Of a stretch of DNA of 64,000 bases, positions 20,952 through 28,966 are shown piece by piece; position 1 is the first letter of the stretch; each line of letters opens with the position of its first letter. The position numbers and the translations under genes are program-made. Source of the DNA: Thermoanaerobaculia bacterium (GTDB lineage Bacteria > Acidobacteriota > Thermoanaerobaculia > UBA5066); assembly GCA_963719225.1 (NCBI GenBank), contig CAVRAY010000001.1, forward strand, positions 2,304,001 to 2,368,000. The letters run 5' to 3'. The notes below the pieces were generated by a model, which saw only the letters and a program-made list of their open reading frames with translations, made no database searches and was not told the origin of the DNA.

Positions 20952-21620
20952 ATGGACGCTCCGCCTCTTCCCGACCTTGGCGGCGGATCCGCTCGTACCC
21001 TGCTTGCTCTTCGGCATGCCCTGGCCGACCCGCTCTCGGGCGCCGCGCTGAAGCTCGACCTCGTGGAGCGGCGGCTCGCGGCACCCGCTGGTGCCGATCC
21101 GTCCTGGATCGTGGAGCGTGTTCGGGCGGTACAGGCCGACGTGGGGACGGCGAATCGACTCCTCGACCTCCTGCTCCGCCTCGCGGAGATCGCGGGCGAG
21201 CCGGCGGGCGAGACGTCTCTCCGCGACGTCTGCCGCTCCGCGGGCATTCCGCTCGACGAGGCTGCCGCGGCCGTTCCGCGTCTCGCGCTGCGCCAAAGGG
21301 CTTCGGCCGAAGCGATCCAGAGCGTCGCGTCGTTCGGACGGGGTGACGGCGGCCCCTCCCCGATTGGAAGAGCGGGACTCGAGAGCGGGCGGGTGACCCT
21401 GACCCTAGAAGGGTCGCGGGTGGCGAGCGATGGCCGCCCCGAACGGCTTCTCGATCTGCCTCATGGGATCGAGGATGCGGAGGCTCTCTTCGTGGCCCGG
21501 GCCGCGGTCGAGGCCGATGGGGGTCGCCTGGAGCTCAGCGAGCGCGGCGGACGCCTCGTCGCGCTCTTTTCGTGGCCCATCCGTCTTGAAAGCGAGCCCG
21601 GGGGAAAGGACAGTCCATGA
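20952..21620 (+). CDS. degenerate histidine-kinase-fold protein (H-box retained, ATP-binding boxes eroded)
   Basis: LRHALADPLSG resembles the HisKA H-box, and LFVARAAVEADGGRLEL resembles the post-G2 helix without GxGLG. ATGA overlap with the activator gene. Confidence 0.6.
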   Translation: MDAPPLPDLGGGSARTLLALRHALADPLSGAALKLDLVERRLAAPAGADPSWIVERVRAVQADVGTANRLLDLLLRLAEIAGEPAGETSLRDVCRSAGIPLDEAAAAVPRLALRQRASAEAIQSVASFGRGDGGPSPIGRAGLESGRVTLTLEGSRVASDGRPERLLDLPHGIEDAEALFVARAAVEADGGRLELSERGGRLVALFSWPIRLESEPGGKDSP

Positions 21621-23023
21621 AGGTCCTCGTGGTCGAGGACGAGCCGGGCGTCCGGGCGTCGCTCGTCGAGCTCATCCGGGAGCTCGGATACGAGGCATCC
21701 GCGGTGGGCTCGGTGGCGGACGCACGCGACGCTTTGACTCGCCTGGCGCCGGACGTCTGCATCGCCGACCTCGGGCTGCCGGACGGGAACGGGCTCGACG
21801 TCGTGCGCGCCGCGAAGGCGGATGGAGCGGACTGCGCGGTCCTGGTTCTCACGGGTCAGGGTTCGATCCTGGCTGCGGTCGAGGCGATGAGGGCCGGCGC
21901 CCACGACTTCCTGCTCAAGCCGCTCAAGCCCGCCCTCCTCGCGTCGGCTCTCGCGCGCCTTTCGGAGCGTCACGATCCGCAACCTGCGGCGCACCCCGAG
22001 AGGGCGGCCGCGGGTCAGCTCGGGGAGATGGTCGGCCGCTCCGCGGCGATGCAGGAAGTCTTCCGCCTGATCGCCCGCGTGGCGGGTTCGGAAGCGCCCG
22101 TGATGATCACCGGCGAGAGCGGCACGGGCAAGGAGGTCGCGGCCCGCACCGTTCACGCCCTGTCGCGCCGCCGTCGAGGGCCGTTCGTCGCGGTCAACTG
22201 CGGCGCGATCTCGCCGACCCTCGTCGAGAGCGAGCTCTTCGGACACGAGAAGGGTTCGTTCACCGGGGCGGAGCGGCGTCATGCCGGCACTTTCGAGATG
22301 GCCCACGGAGGAACCCTGTTCCTGGACGAAGTGACGGAGATGCCGCCCGAGCTGCAGGTGAAGTTCCTTCGCGTCCTCGACACCCGCGCCTTTCGGCGGG
22401 TCGGCGGAAACGAGGAGCTGGACGTCGACGTCCGTCTCGTGGCCAGCTCGAATCGCGACCTCAACGAGGCGGTGCGCAGCGGGTCGTTCCGACCCGACCT
22501 CTTCTATCGGCTGAACGTCTTCCCGCTGCGCATGCCGACCTTGCGCGAACGCAAGGCCGACATCCCGGCGCTCGCGAGTCACTTCCTGTCCCAGCTCGAG
22601 GAGAAGGAGCGACGCGGCTTCACGGCGTTCGAGAGCGGGGCGCTCGAGGCGCTGGACCGGCACGACTGGCCGGGAAACGTGCGAGAGCTGAGAAATGCGG
22701 TGCATCGGACCTATGTCCTGAGCGACCCGCCGGTCGTTCAGACGGAGGCGGCGGAAGCGGTCCTCCAGGGGTCGCACCCGGTCGGCGGTCAGCCCGGGGT
22801 AGGCGCGGACGAGGAGTCATGGCCCGAGGTGCCCGTGCGCGTCGGAGAGAAGCTGGAGGCGGTCGAGCGCAAGCTGCTGCTCGCCACATTGCAGGCCGTG
22901 AACGGGGACCGGAGAACGGCGGCCGAGATCCTCGGCATCAGCCTCAAGACCGTCTACAACCGGCTCAAGCAGTACGGCCTCGATCACCACGCGATTCCCA
23001 AGGGACGAAATCGAGGTTCCTGA
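21617..23023 (+). CDS. sigma54-dependent response regulator (REC-AAA+-Fis HTH, NtrC family)
   Basis: VLVVEDE...ADLGLPD...KP receiver, Walker [15 protein letters not shown] loop, [15 protein letters not shown]-terminal [17 protein letters not shown]. Confidence 0.95.
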   Translation: MKVLVVEDEPGVRASLVELIRELGYEASAVGSVADARDALTRLAPDVCIADLGLPDGNGLDVVRAAKADGADCAVLVLTGQGSILAAVEAMRAGAHDFLLKPLKPALLASALARLSERHDPQPAAHPERAAAGQLGEMVGRSAAMQEVFRLIARVAGSEAPVMITGESGTGKEVAARTVHALSRRRRGPFVAVNCGAISPTLVESELFGHEKGSFTGAERRHAGTFEMAHGGTLFLDEVTEMPPELQVKFLRVLDTRAFRRVGGNEELDVDVRLVASSNRDLNEAVRSGSFRPDLFYRLNVFPLRMPTLRERKADIPALASHFLSQLEEKERRGFTAFESGALEALDRHDWPGNVRELRNAVHRTYVLSDPPVVQTEAAEAVLQGSHPVGGQPGVGADEESWPEVPVRVGEKLEAVERKLLLATLQAVNGDRRTAAEILGISLKTVYNRLKQYGLDHHAIPKGRNRGS

Positions 23024-23038
23024 GCGAAATCGGCGCCG

Positions 23039-23407
23039 TCAAGGGCACGAAACCTCGATGCCCTGCCCGGAGGGAGCGACACCCCCATCGAGATAGGAAA
23101 TCACGAGGCGCAGGGAGGAGACCGGCGACATCCACGCCGCGCTCGCCCGCGGCGCCAGCAGGGAAACGTCGGACCACGCGTCTCCGTCATCCGCGGACAT
23201 CACGGTGCCCACGGCGATGAGCGTCCACGACACGGTAACGCCGGCCCGTGTGTTGTTCGTCACCATGATGGTCGGCTGCTGCCAGGCGTCACACCACGCG
23301 AGCATGGTGATTTGAGCCCGCAGGTGCACCACCGAGGGCGGCCCGGCTGGCGCAACAGGCCGATGCGGGCTTAACGCGAGCGCGACGACAAGCAGGAGGG
23401 GATTCAT
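23039..23407 (-). CDS. hypothetical secreted protein
   Basis: GAAGGA RBS, MNPLLLVVALAL signal-like N-terminus. Confidence 0.5.
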   Translation of the reverse strand: MNPLLLVVALALSPHRPVAPAGPPSVVHLRAQITMLAWCDAWQQPTIMVTNNTRAGVTVSWTLIAVGTVMSADDGDAWSDVSLLAPRASAAWMSPVSSLRLVISYLDGGVAPSGQGIEVSCP

Positions 23408-23477
23408 GTGTCCTTCTCCCCTTCTCCTCCGCAAGGGCGATGCCGCGCTTCGCGGCGTCGTCGGTTCTCGGAACCCC

Positions 23478-23708
23478 TTACGTCCGGAAGAGGTAACCCT
23501 GGACGAGAACCACTCCGCCCACGCCGAGCGAAAGGAGTCCGGCGAGCACGAGGACGCCCAGCGAGAGCAGTCCCGCGAGCCGGGGAAGAGAAACGACCAA
23601 TTGTTCCTCGACGGCCGATACCGCGGGATCTGCGGACGGCGGGCTCGCCACTCTTTCGGCTGGAGAAGCACCGCCGCGGCGCGGGCCGAGATCGTGAAAG
23701 GGACTCAT
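23478..23708 (-). CDS. small membrane protein
   Basis: ATG 23708 lies downstream of a sigma54 motif. Hydrophobic C-terminus containing a duplicated LAGLLSLGV. Confidence 0.45.
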   Translation of the reverse strand: MSPFHDLGPRRGGASPAERVASPPSADPAVSAVEEQLVVSLPRLAGLLSLGVLVLAGLLSLGVGGVVLVQGYLFRT

Positions 23709-23755
23709 TGGGACGCGTTTACTTTCTTCAAGGTTTCCATCCGAGCGCAGCACTC

Positions 23756-23771
23756 TGCAAGCCAGGTGCCG
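23756..23771 (-). promoter_or_regulatory. sigma54 -24/-12 promoter
   Basis: CGGCACCTGGCTTGCA. Confidence 0.8.
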
Positions 23772-23810
23772 GTCGAAACGTCGAGGAACGACGTCGGCTG
23801 TCCAACACAA

Positions 23811-23847
23811 CGGCACATTTTTCCGGAAAGAGCTGCAAAGCGTGCTG
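23811..23847. promoter_or_regulatory. 37-bp double-site inverted repeat, putative UAS copy B
   Basis: CGGCACATTTTTCCG-N7-CTGCAAAGCGTGCTG, 40 bp upstream of the sigma54 motif. Confidence 0.7.
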
Positions 23848-23886
23848 GGCGTGCGCGCCGAGCTCTCCGGCGAATTTACGACCGGC

Positions 23887-25537
23887 TCACGAAGGTCCGC
23901 CTCGATCGCTCCCCGCCTCCAGGAGGACGAGCTCGAGTCTCTTGAGCTGGACAGGCTTTGCGAAGTGATGATCGAACCCGGCCGACCGGGACCTTGCCCG
24001 ATCGTCCGGCTGGACCCAGCCGGAAAGGGCGACGAGGAGGAGCCCGCTCAGCTCCGGCTCAGCCCGGAGGCGACGCGCCGCCTCGTATCCATCGAACCCG
24101 GGGAGCCCGATGTCCAGGATCGCGACGTCGGGGCTCAGGCGGCGCGCCGCGTCGACTCCGGATGGGCCATCGTGCGCGACGTGCGTCTCGTGCCCCCCGA
24201 GCGCCAGGAGCTCTGCGAGCGTGAGAGCGGCCTCGACGTTGTCGTCCACGATGAGGATCCGGCGTGGCGGCGCCGGCGCGCCCGGCGCCGCCTGCGCGGC
24301 CGGAGGAGCTGCGGCGTCGGCGGCCGCGCACGCGAGACGGAGCGTGAAGACACTGCCCTTGCCTTCGCCCTCGCTCGCCGCGGTCAGGCTGCCGCCGTGC
24401 AGCTCGGTGAGGCTCTTCGCGAGCGCCAGGCCGATCCCGAGGCCTCCGTAGACCGCCTTGTTGGCCCGGTGCCCCTGTCCGAACATCGTGAAGACGTGGG
24501 CGAGCAGCGCCGCCGGGATGCCGATGCCCGAGTCGATGACCGATACCACGAGATCCTCGCCGTCTCGCACGGCCTCGAGTCGGATTCGCCCGCCCGGCTC
24601 GGTGTACTTGGCGGCGTTCGACAGGAGGTTCGACAGGACCTGCGCGAGCCGCATCGGATCGGCGTGCAGGAGCACCGGCGCCTCGGGCACGATCAGCTCG
24701 AACTCCTGCCGGCGGCCGAGAAGGAGAGGCTCGGCGGTCTCGAGCGCGCTCTCGACGACGGCCGCGAGGGACACCCACTCGCGGCGCAGCTCCAGCTTCC
24801 CGTGCGTGATGCGGGAGAGGTCGAGAAGCTCGTCGATCAGGCGCACCATGTGCCTCACCTGCCGCTCGATCACGCGCAGCGCCCGCTCGCGCCTCTCTCC
24901 TTCCTCGCGCGTGTCGCCCGTTCGCGACAGGATCTCGGTTGCGCTCGAGAGCGGCGCGAGCGGGTTGCGGAGCTCGTGCGCCAGCGTGGCGAGGAACTCG
25001 TCCTTCCGGCGGTCCACGTCGCGAAGCGCGCGCGCGGCCGCGCGCCGCTCGGCCACTTCGGCCGCCAGCGCCTCGTTCATGGTCTCGAGCGCGTCGGCGC
25101 GCTCGGCGACACGAGTCTCCAGCTCGTCTCGAATGTGGCGGAGCGCCGCCTCGCGCTTCGAAGCCGCGACCGCGTATCGGATCGAGCGCTCGAGCAGCTC
25201 CGAGTCGAGACGACTCCCGACGAGGTAGTCCTCGGCTCCGCTCTCCATCGCCGCGAGGTCCTCGGTTCGCTCCGGCTCATCGGCGATCAGGATCACGGCA
25301 CCCTCGCCGCCGGACTCGCGGTATTCACGCAGGAGGTCGACGCCGCTCTTCTTGTCGAGCCGGCAGGCCACGAGGTGGACGTCGTAGCGGTGGCGACGAC
25401 ATGCGCTCGAGGCCGACGTCGTAGGTCGCGGCCCGCTCCACGTCCGCGGGAACCGCCATCCCGGCCATCAGGCCGCGCATCAGAACGGAGCTGTCCTGGT
25501 CGGCGTCCACGAGCAGGACGCGCATCGGGGTCGGCAT
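23887..25537 (-). CDS. cytoplasmic hybrid histidine kinase (pseudo-REC-HisKA-HATPase-REC); frameshift near 25390
   Basis: LAHELRNPL, NLLSNAAKY, DSGIGI, GGLGIGL and a C-terminal ILIVDDN...LDIGLPG...AKP. The N-terminal MRVLLVDAD lies in the adjacent frame. Confidence 0.88.
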
Positions 25538-25557
25538 CGAGCCAAGGCCTCGAAAAG

Positions 25558-25587
25558 AGCATAGGTCTCGCTCGATCGTGGCGTCAA
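25558..25587 (-). promoter_or_regulatory. sigma70-type promoter candidate for the hybrid kinase
   Basis: TTGACG-N18-TATGCT, ~20 nt upstream of ATG 25537. Confidence 0.55.
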
Positions 25588-25631
25588 CGAACGGACCCGG
25601 CGAGCTTCGGCGGCGGTCGCCCGCTACCGGA

Positions 25632-25647
25632 TGGCACTGTTGTCGCG
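25632..25647 (+). promoter_or_regulatory. sigma54 -24/-12 promoter candidate (weak -12)
   Basis: TGGCACTGTTGTCGCG, ~100 nt upstream of ATG 25749. Confidence 0.45.
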
Positions 25648-25748
25648 GTGCCGAGATTTCCGGATGCTCGTCGACCCGGTCTATGGAACGAATGCAATCC
25701 GACGCCTCTGCGGCGCAACGGTCGAGCTCAAGCACGGGAGGAACGACG

Positions 25749-25945
25749 ATGAAATGGATGGGCGCTTTCTTTCTCGGCTACGTCCTTCTGCTCGCGGGCT
25801 CTTTGCGGCCCTCTGGAAGCTCGGAGTCCTGAAGAACGTGAGCGGGGTCTGGATCGGTATCGGGGCCCTCATCGCGGTGGGTGTCGGGCTCATGGTCGCG
25901 GTGGCCAACAGCGGGCGCAAGGAAACCACCCAGATCGACAAGTAG
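25749..25945 (+). CDS. small two-TM membrane protein; frameshift near 25800
   Basis: GGAGG RBS. MKWMGAFFLGYVLLLAG joins LFAALWKLGVLKNVSGVWIGIGALIAVGVGLMVAVANSGRKETTQIDK in the next frame. Confidence 0.65.
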
Positions 25946-26027
25946 ACGAAAAGTTTGCCGGATCTCCGGAAGGACTTACCTCTCCGAGCGTTCGTTCGCT
26001 CGAAGAGGTACCTCCCGTCAGCGGGAA

Positions 26028-26414
26028 TCAGTTGTAGATGACGCGCTCGGTCGACCAGTGTCCTGGGATGTATCGCGTTCCGCCCCGCACCCTCTGATAT
26101 CGGGCGCCGATCCAGCGCGCGTGGGCGCGCGGCGGCTCGGCCCAGCGGCCGTCACTCCAGTTCCACTCCGAACCTGTGTGATGCCAGTACCCGCCCTGCC
26201 ACACGTGATGCCGGCCCGGCCGCTCGGAACGGACTTCGCGTCGGAGCGCCGGCCGCGGGCTGTTCACGATGCGAACGTGGAGGTCGCCCGGCATGAAAGA
26301 TACACCTGGCGGCATCGGGGGTTGAGGCTGCGCGATCGCCGTGCCCGCGAAGGGCACCGCGGCAGCCATGGCGAAGAGAGCGGCGGCTAGAGTGAAATGC
26401 TTCGTTTGTCTCAT
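26028..26414 (-). CDS. secreted YXWGXW-repeat protein
   Basis: Signal peptide, then HVWQGGYW, WNWSDGRW, RWIGARY and YIPGHW repeats. Confidence 0.8.
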   Translation of the reverse strand: MRQTKHFTLAAALFAMAAAVPFAGTAIAQPQPPMPPGVSFMPGDLHVRIVNSPRPALRREVRSERPGRHHVWQGGYWHHTGSEWNWSDGRWAEPPRAHARWIGARYQRVRGGTRYIPGHWSTERVIYN

Positions 26415-26425
26415 GGTGACGACTC

Positions 26426-26441
26426 TGCAAGCGGCAGGCCA
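26426..26441 (-). promoter_or_regulatory. sigma54 -24/-12 promoter (predicts a leaderless mRNA)
   Basis: TGGCCTGCCGCTTGCA, 11 nt upstream of ATG 26414, with no SD sequence. Confidence 0.75.
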
Positions 26442-26543
26442 CGAGTTCAGGCGTGAAGCGTGACGCGCGCACGGGCCAAGACGTGGTCGGTCCCAAGGTG
26501 GACGCCGACGCTCTCCCGACCTAGGGAGCGGCATGAAAGACGT

Positions 26544-26580
26544 CGGCAGGTTTTTCCGACGAGATCGGCAAGACGTGCCA
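26544..26580. promoter_or_regulatory. 37-bp double-site inverted repeat, putative UAS copy C
   Basis: CGGCAGGTTTTTCCG-N7-CGGCAAGACGTGCCA, ~100 bp upstream of the sigma54 motif. Confidence 0.75.
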
Positions 26581-26620
26581 ATGCGCGAGGCGTGACCTCG
26601 GTTCTGGCTCCTCTTTCATC

Positions 26621-26648
26621 AAAAGGCCCCCGCGCGCGCGGGGGCCTC
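26621..26648 (-). terminator. intrinsic terminator
   Basis: AGGCCCCCGCG/CGCGGGGGCCT hairpin followed by TTTT on the minus strand, just after the stop at 26672. Confidence 0.75.
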
Positions 26649-26671
26649 TGCGTCACCACGTCGAGCGAAGA

Positions 26672-27163
26672 TTACGGTTTGAGAACGTGGCGAACCCGGT
26701 TCCACGCGTCGCGACTCGCGTCGCGAACGTCCTCCCAGGCATGGCGCGTCTCACCCCGGGCGGCCGCCCAGCCTTTGGCGAGGTGGGATTTCTCCGCCTC
26801 CTCGAATGTCATGCCCTTCTTCGTCACCGCGTTCTCCCAGCCGTACCGATAGGCGGCCTCATAGTCTCCGAACGTCTTGCCCTGTTTGTAATACGGGCGC
26901 GTCTTGTAGTTCAGGCGCCAGTAGTCCGTCTCCACGGACGGATCAAGAGCCTCGGCGGCGGCGTGGCCACTGACCGCGCCGACAGCCGCGCCGACAGCCG
27001 CTCCGACCGCTGCGCCGACCGGGCCGCCGACAGCCGCTCCGCCCAGAGCACCGGCTCCGGCGCCGCCTGCGGCCCCAACGGCCGTACCGACGGGATGAGA
27101 CTGTGCAGGGCTTGTCTCCACCTTCACCTTGGTGATCGTGTCGGGATTCTTCGTTGTGCTCAT
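26672..27163 (-). CDS. glycine-zipper stress-type protein
   Basis: AGGAGG RBS. HPVGTAVGAAGGAGAGA...GPVGAAVGA glycine zipper, ETDYWRLNYKTRPYY, WEDVRDASRDAW. Confidence 0.75.
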   Translation of the reverse strand: MSTTKNPDTITKVKVETSPAQSHPVGTAVGAAGGAGAGALGGAAVGGPVGAAVGAAVGAAVGAVSGHAAAEALDPSVETDYWRLNYKTRPYYKQGKTFGDYEAAYRYGWENAVTKKGMTFEEAEKSHLAKGWAAARGETRHAWEDVRDASRDAWNRVRHVLKP

Positions 27164-27222
27164 CGTCAAGCCTCCTGCCGACCGCGACGCAACTGCCTTG
27201 AAGGTCGGCATCGTGTGGCAGG

Positions 27223-27238
27223 AGCAAGCGGCGTGCCC
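27223..27238 (-). promoter_or_regulatory. sigma54 -24/-12 promoter
   Basis: GGGCACGCCGCTTGCT. Confidence 0.8.
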
Positions 27239-27312
27239 TGAAGTTCGCCCTGAAAGACGGCTAGCGGTAAAGGCCCGATGAGTGGTTCACTCGGGCCCTC
27301 GAGCTCCGCCAA

Positions 27313-27393
27313 TCACCCGCGTCTGCTGTTCCAATAATAGCCGCCGCCCCCGAACAGAAGGAGCAACACGACAACTAAGAGGATGAGGTTCAT
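27313..27393 (-). CDS. 26-aa membrane microprotein (DUF3309-like), absent from the ORF track
   Basis: MNLILLVVVLLLLFGGGGYYWNSRRG*, with a G-rich RBS and its own sigma54 motif 31 nt upstream. Confidence 0.75.
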   Translation of the reverse strand: MNLILLVVVLLLLFGGGGYYWNSRRG

Positions 27394-27424
27394 GATCTTT
27401 CCCCCCTTTCTCAAGAGGCAAGGG

Positions 27425-27440
27425 AGCACGGGGCGTGCCA
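27425..27440 (-). promoter_or_regulatory. sigma54 -24/-12 promoter
   Basis: TGGCACGCCCCGTGCT. Confidence 0.75.
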
Positions 27441-27514
27441 GTCGCGTAACAGTACCGAAGGGGTCGAAGGCGGCGCCACCGGGTCACGCGCCGCCACAGC
27501 GCCGCTGCCTCACG

Positions 27515-27530
27515 TGGCACCGGGCTTGCG
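27515..27530 (+). promoter_or_regulatory. sigma54 -24/-12 promoter
   Basis: TGGCACCGGGCTTGCG, upstream of ATG 27612. Confidence 0.75.
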
Positions 27531-27611
27531 GTCTCTGTGGCAAGGTTTTGATGCGGTCGGAATCCCCGCTCCCTTGCGAGCGGTTCCGGCTGCCAGGAAG
27601 GAAACTCGACT

Positions 27612-28124
27612 ATGAAAACACAGCATCTCACGGTTCTCGTCCCTGGCATCTTTGCCGCTGCCGCATTCGTGCTGGCCGCGAGCATCCGTGCCCAGACGCC
27701 TGCGCCTCCGGCTACCACGAGCTCTCAGGCGGCCCCGACGACCGGCCACCACAAGCCCATCGCTGCGAAGTCCAAGCACGACGCTGACATGAACTCGGAG
27801 TGTCAGGCCATGATGGCGAAGAAGCAGGAGATGCAGAACAAGCTCCAGGCGATGGACGCCACGCTGGACAAGCTCGTGGCGGAGATGAACGCCGCGAAAG
27901 GGTCCAAAGAAGTCGACGCCCTGGAGAAGCCGATGGCGGCTGTCCTCAACGAGCTCGTCGCCCAGCGCAAGGCCCTTCGCTCCATGATGATGGAGATGCA
28001 ACCCGCGATGATGGCGCACATGATGCATCACATGCACGGCACGAAGGGTGCGATGGAATGCCCGATGATGAAGATGGGCACTGCTCCCGAACCAAAGGCG
28101 GAGGAGAAGAAGCCCATGATGTGA
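27612..28124 (+). CDS. periplasmic Met/His-rich helical protein (putative Cu/Ag binding)
   Basis: Signal peptide, ECQAMMAKKQEM, MMMEMQPAMMAHMMHHMH, MECPMMKM. Confidence 0.75.
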   Translation: MKTQHLTVLVPGIFAAAAFVLAASIRAQTPAPPATTSSQAAPTTGHHKPIAAKSKHDADMNSECQAMMAKKQEMQNKLQAMDATLDKLVAEMNAAKGSKEVDALEKPMAAVLNELVAQRKALRSMMMEMQPAMMAHMMHHMHGTKGAMECPMMKMGTAPEPKAEEKKPMM

Positions 28125-28232
28125 AGAGCCCGCAGGACGGCGGGACGTCTCGATTGGAGCCCCCGCCGCGCGGCCGATTCCCGCGCAGTGTCTGACGCCA
28201 GCCGTCGCGGGCTGGAGGGGAGGTACTTCGAA

Positions 28233-28409
28233 ATGGTCAAGGATCCTGTTTGCGGCATGGCCGTCGACGACAAATCCGTCCACAGAAGCATGCATGCGGG
28301 GCAGATCTACGTGTTCTGCTGTTCTACCTGCAAGACGAAGTTCGACAAGGAGCCGGGACGGTACGTGGCTCCTGCAGGGACAGAAGTCCAGCGAGGGAGC
28401 AGACCATGA
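28233..28409 (+). CDS. YHS/TRASH metal-binding domain protein
   Basis: MVKDPVCGMAV...YVFCCSTCKTKFDKEPGRY, GGAGG RBS. Confidence 0.88.
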   Translation: MVKDPVCGMAVDDKSVHRSMHAGQIYVFCCSTCKTKFDKEPGRYVAPAGTEVQRGSRP

Positions 28410-28522
28410 TGCCCGGCGGAGGATGGCCTGGAATGGGCGGAGGGATGTGGCTTTGGACGGTGATCGGCGTGCTGGTGGTGGTTCTGCTGGTCGTCCTGAT
28501 CAACAGGTTGTCCAAGAAGTAG
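28406..28522 (+). CDS. 38-aa single-TM Met/Gly-rich microprotein
   Basis: MMPGGGWPGMGGGMWLWTVIGVLVVVLLVVLINRLSKK. ATGA overlap with the YHS gene. Confidence 0.7.
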   Translation: MMPGGGWPGMGGGMWLWTVIGVLVVVLLVVLINRLSKK

Positions 28523-28636
28523 TCCCCCTCGGCGAGAGCGGGTAGCGCTCGTGGCGGGCTGATCGTCTCGACAGTTCGTGGTTTTATCGGGTCCCGGCGG
28601 AGGTAGTGACGGCAGGGCGCCACAGGAGAGCGTTTG

Positions 28637-28652
28637 TGGCATGCCGCATGCA
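28637..28652 (+). promoter_or_regulatory. sigma54 -24/-12 promoter
   Basis: TGGCATGCCGCATGCA, 25 nt upstream of the csbD GTG. Confidence 0.78.
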
Positions 28653-28677
28653 GCCTTTCGCAGAAAAGGAGAACTCC

Positions 28678-28881
28678 GTGAGCAAACAAGAAGTCGGCGG
28701 AAAAGTTAAGAACGTCAAAGGGAAAGTGAAAGAGGCGGTCGGGATCCTTACCGGCGACAAGAGGATGGAGCGGGAGGGCTCGGCGCAGCGTGCCGAGGGA
28801 TCGATAGAGGAGGGTCTCGGCAAGGCGCGCCGCAAAGTCGGTGAGGTCCTGACGAATCTCGGCAACGCCGTCAAGAAGTAG
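28678..28881 (+). CDS. csbD: CsbD-family general stress protein
   Basis: AAGGAG RBS, GKVKNVKGKVKEAVGILTGDKRMEREG. Confidence 0.88.
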   Translation: MSKQEVGGKVKNVKGKVKEAVGILTGDKRMEREGSAQRAEGSIEEGLGKARRKVGEVLTNLGNAVKK

Positions 28882-28966
28882 ACCGGGCCGCTCGCCTCGA
28901 ACCGTCGAGAGGTGCGAGGGCGAAGCCATTACGCTCTTCGCACCCGGCGCGTGGATAATCACGGGC

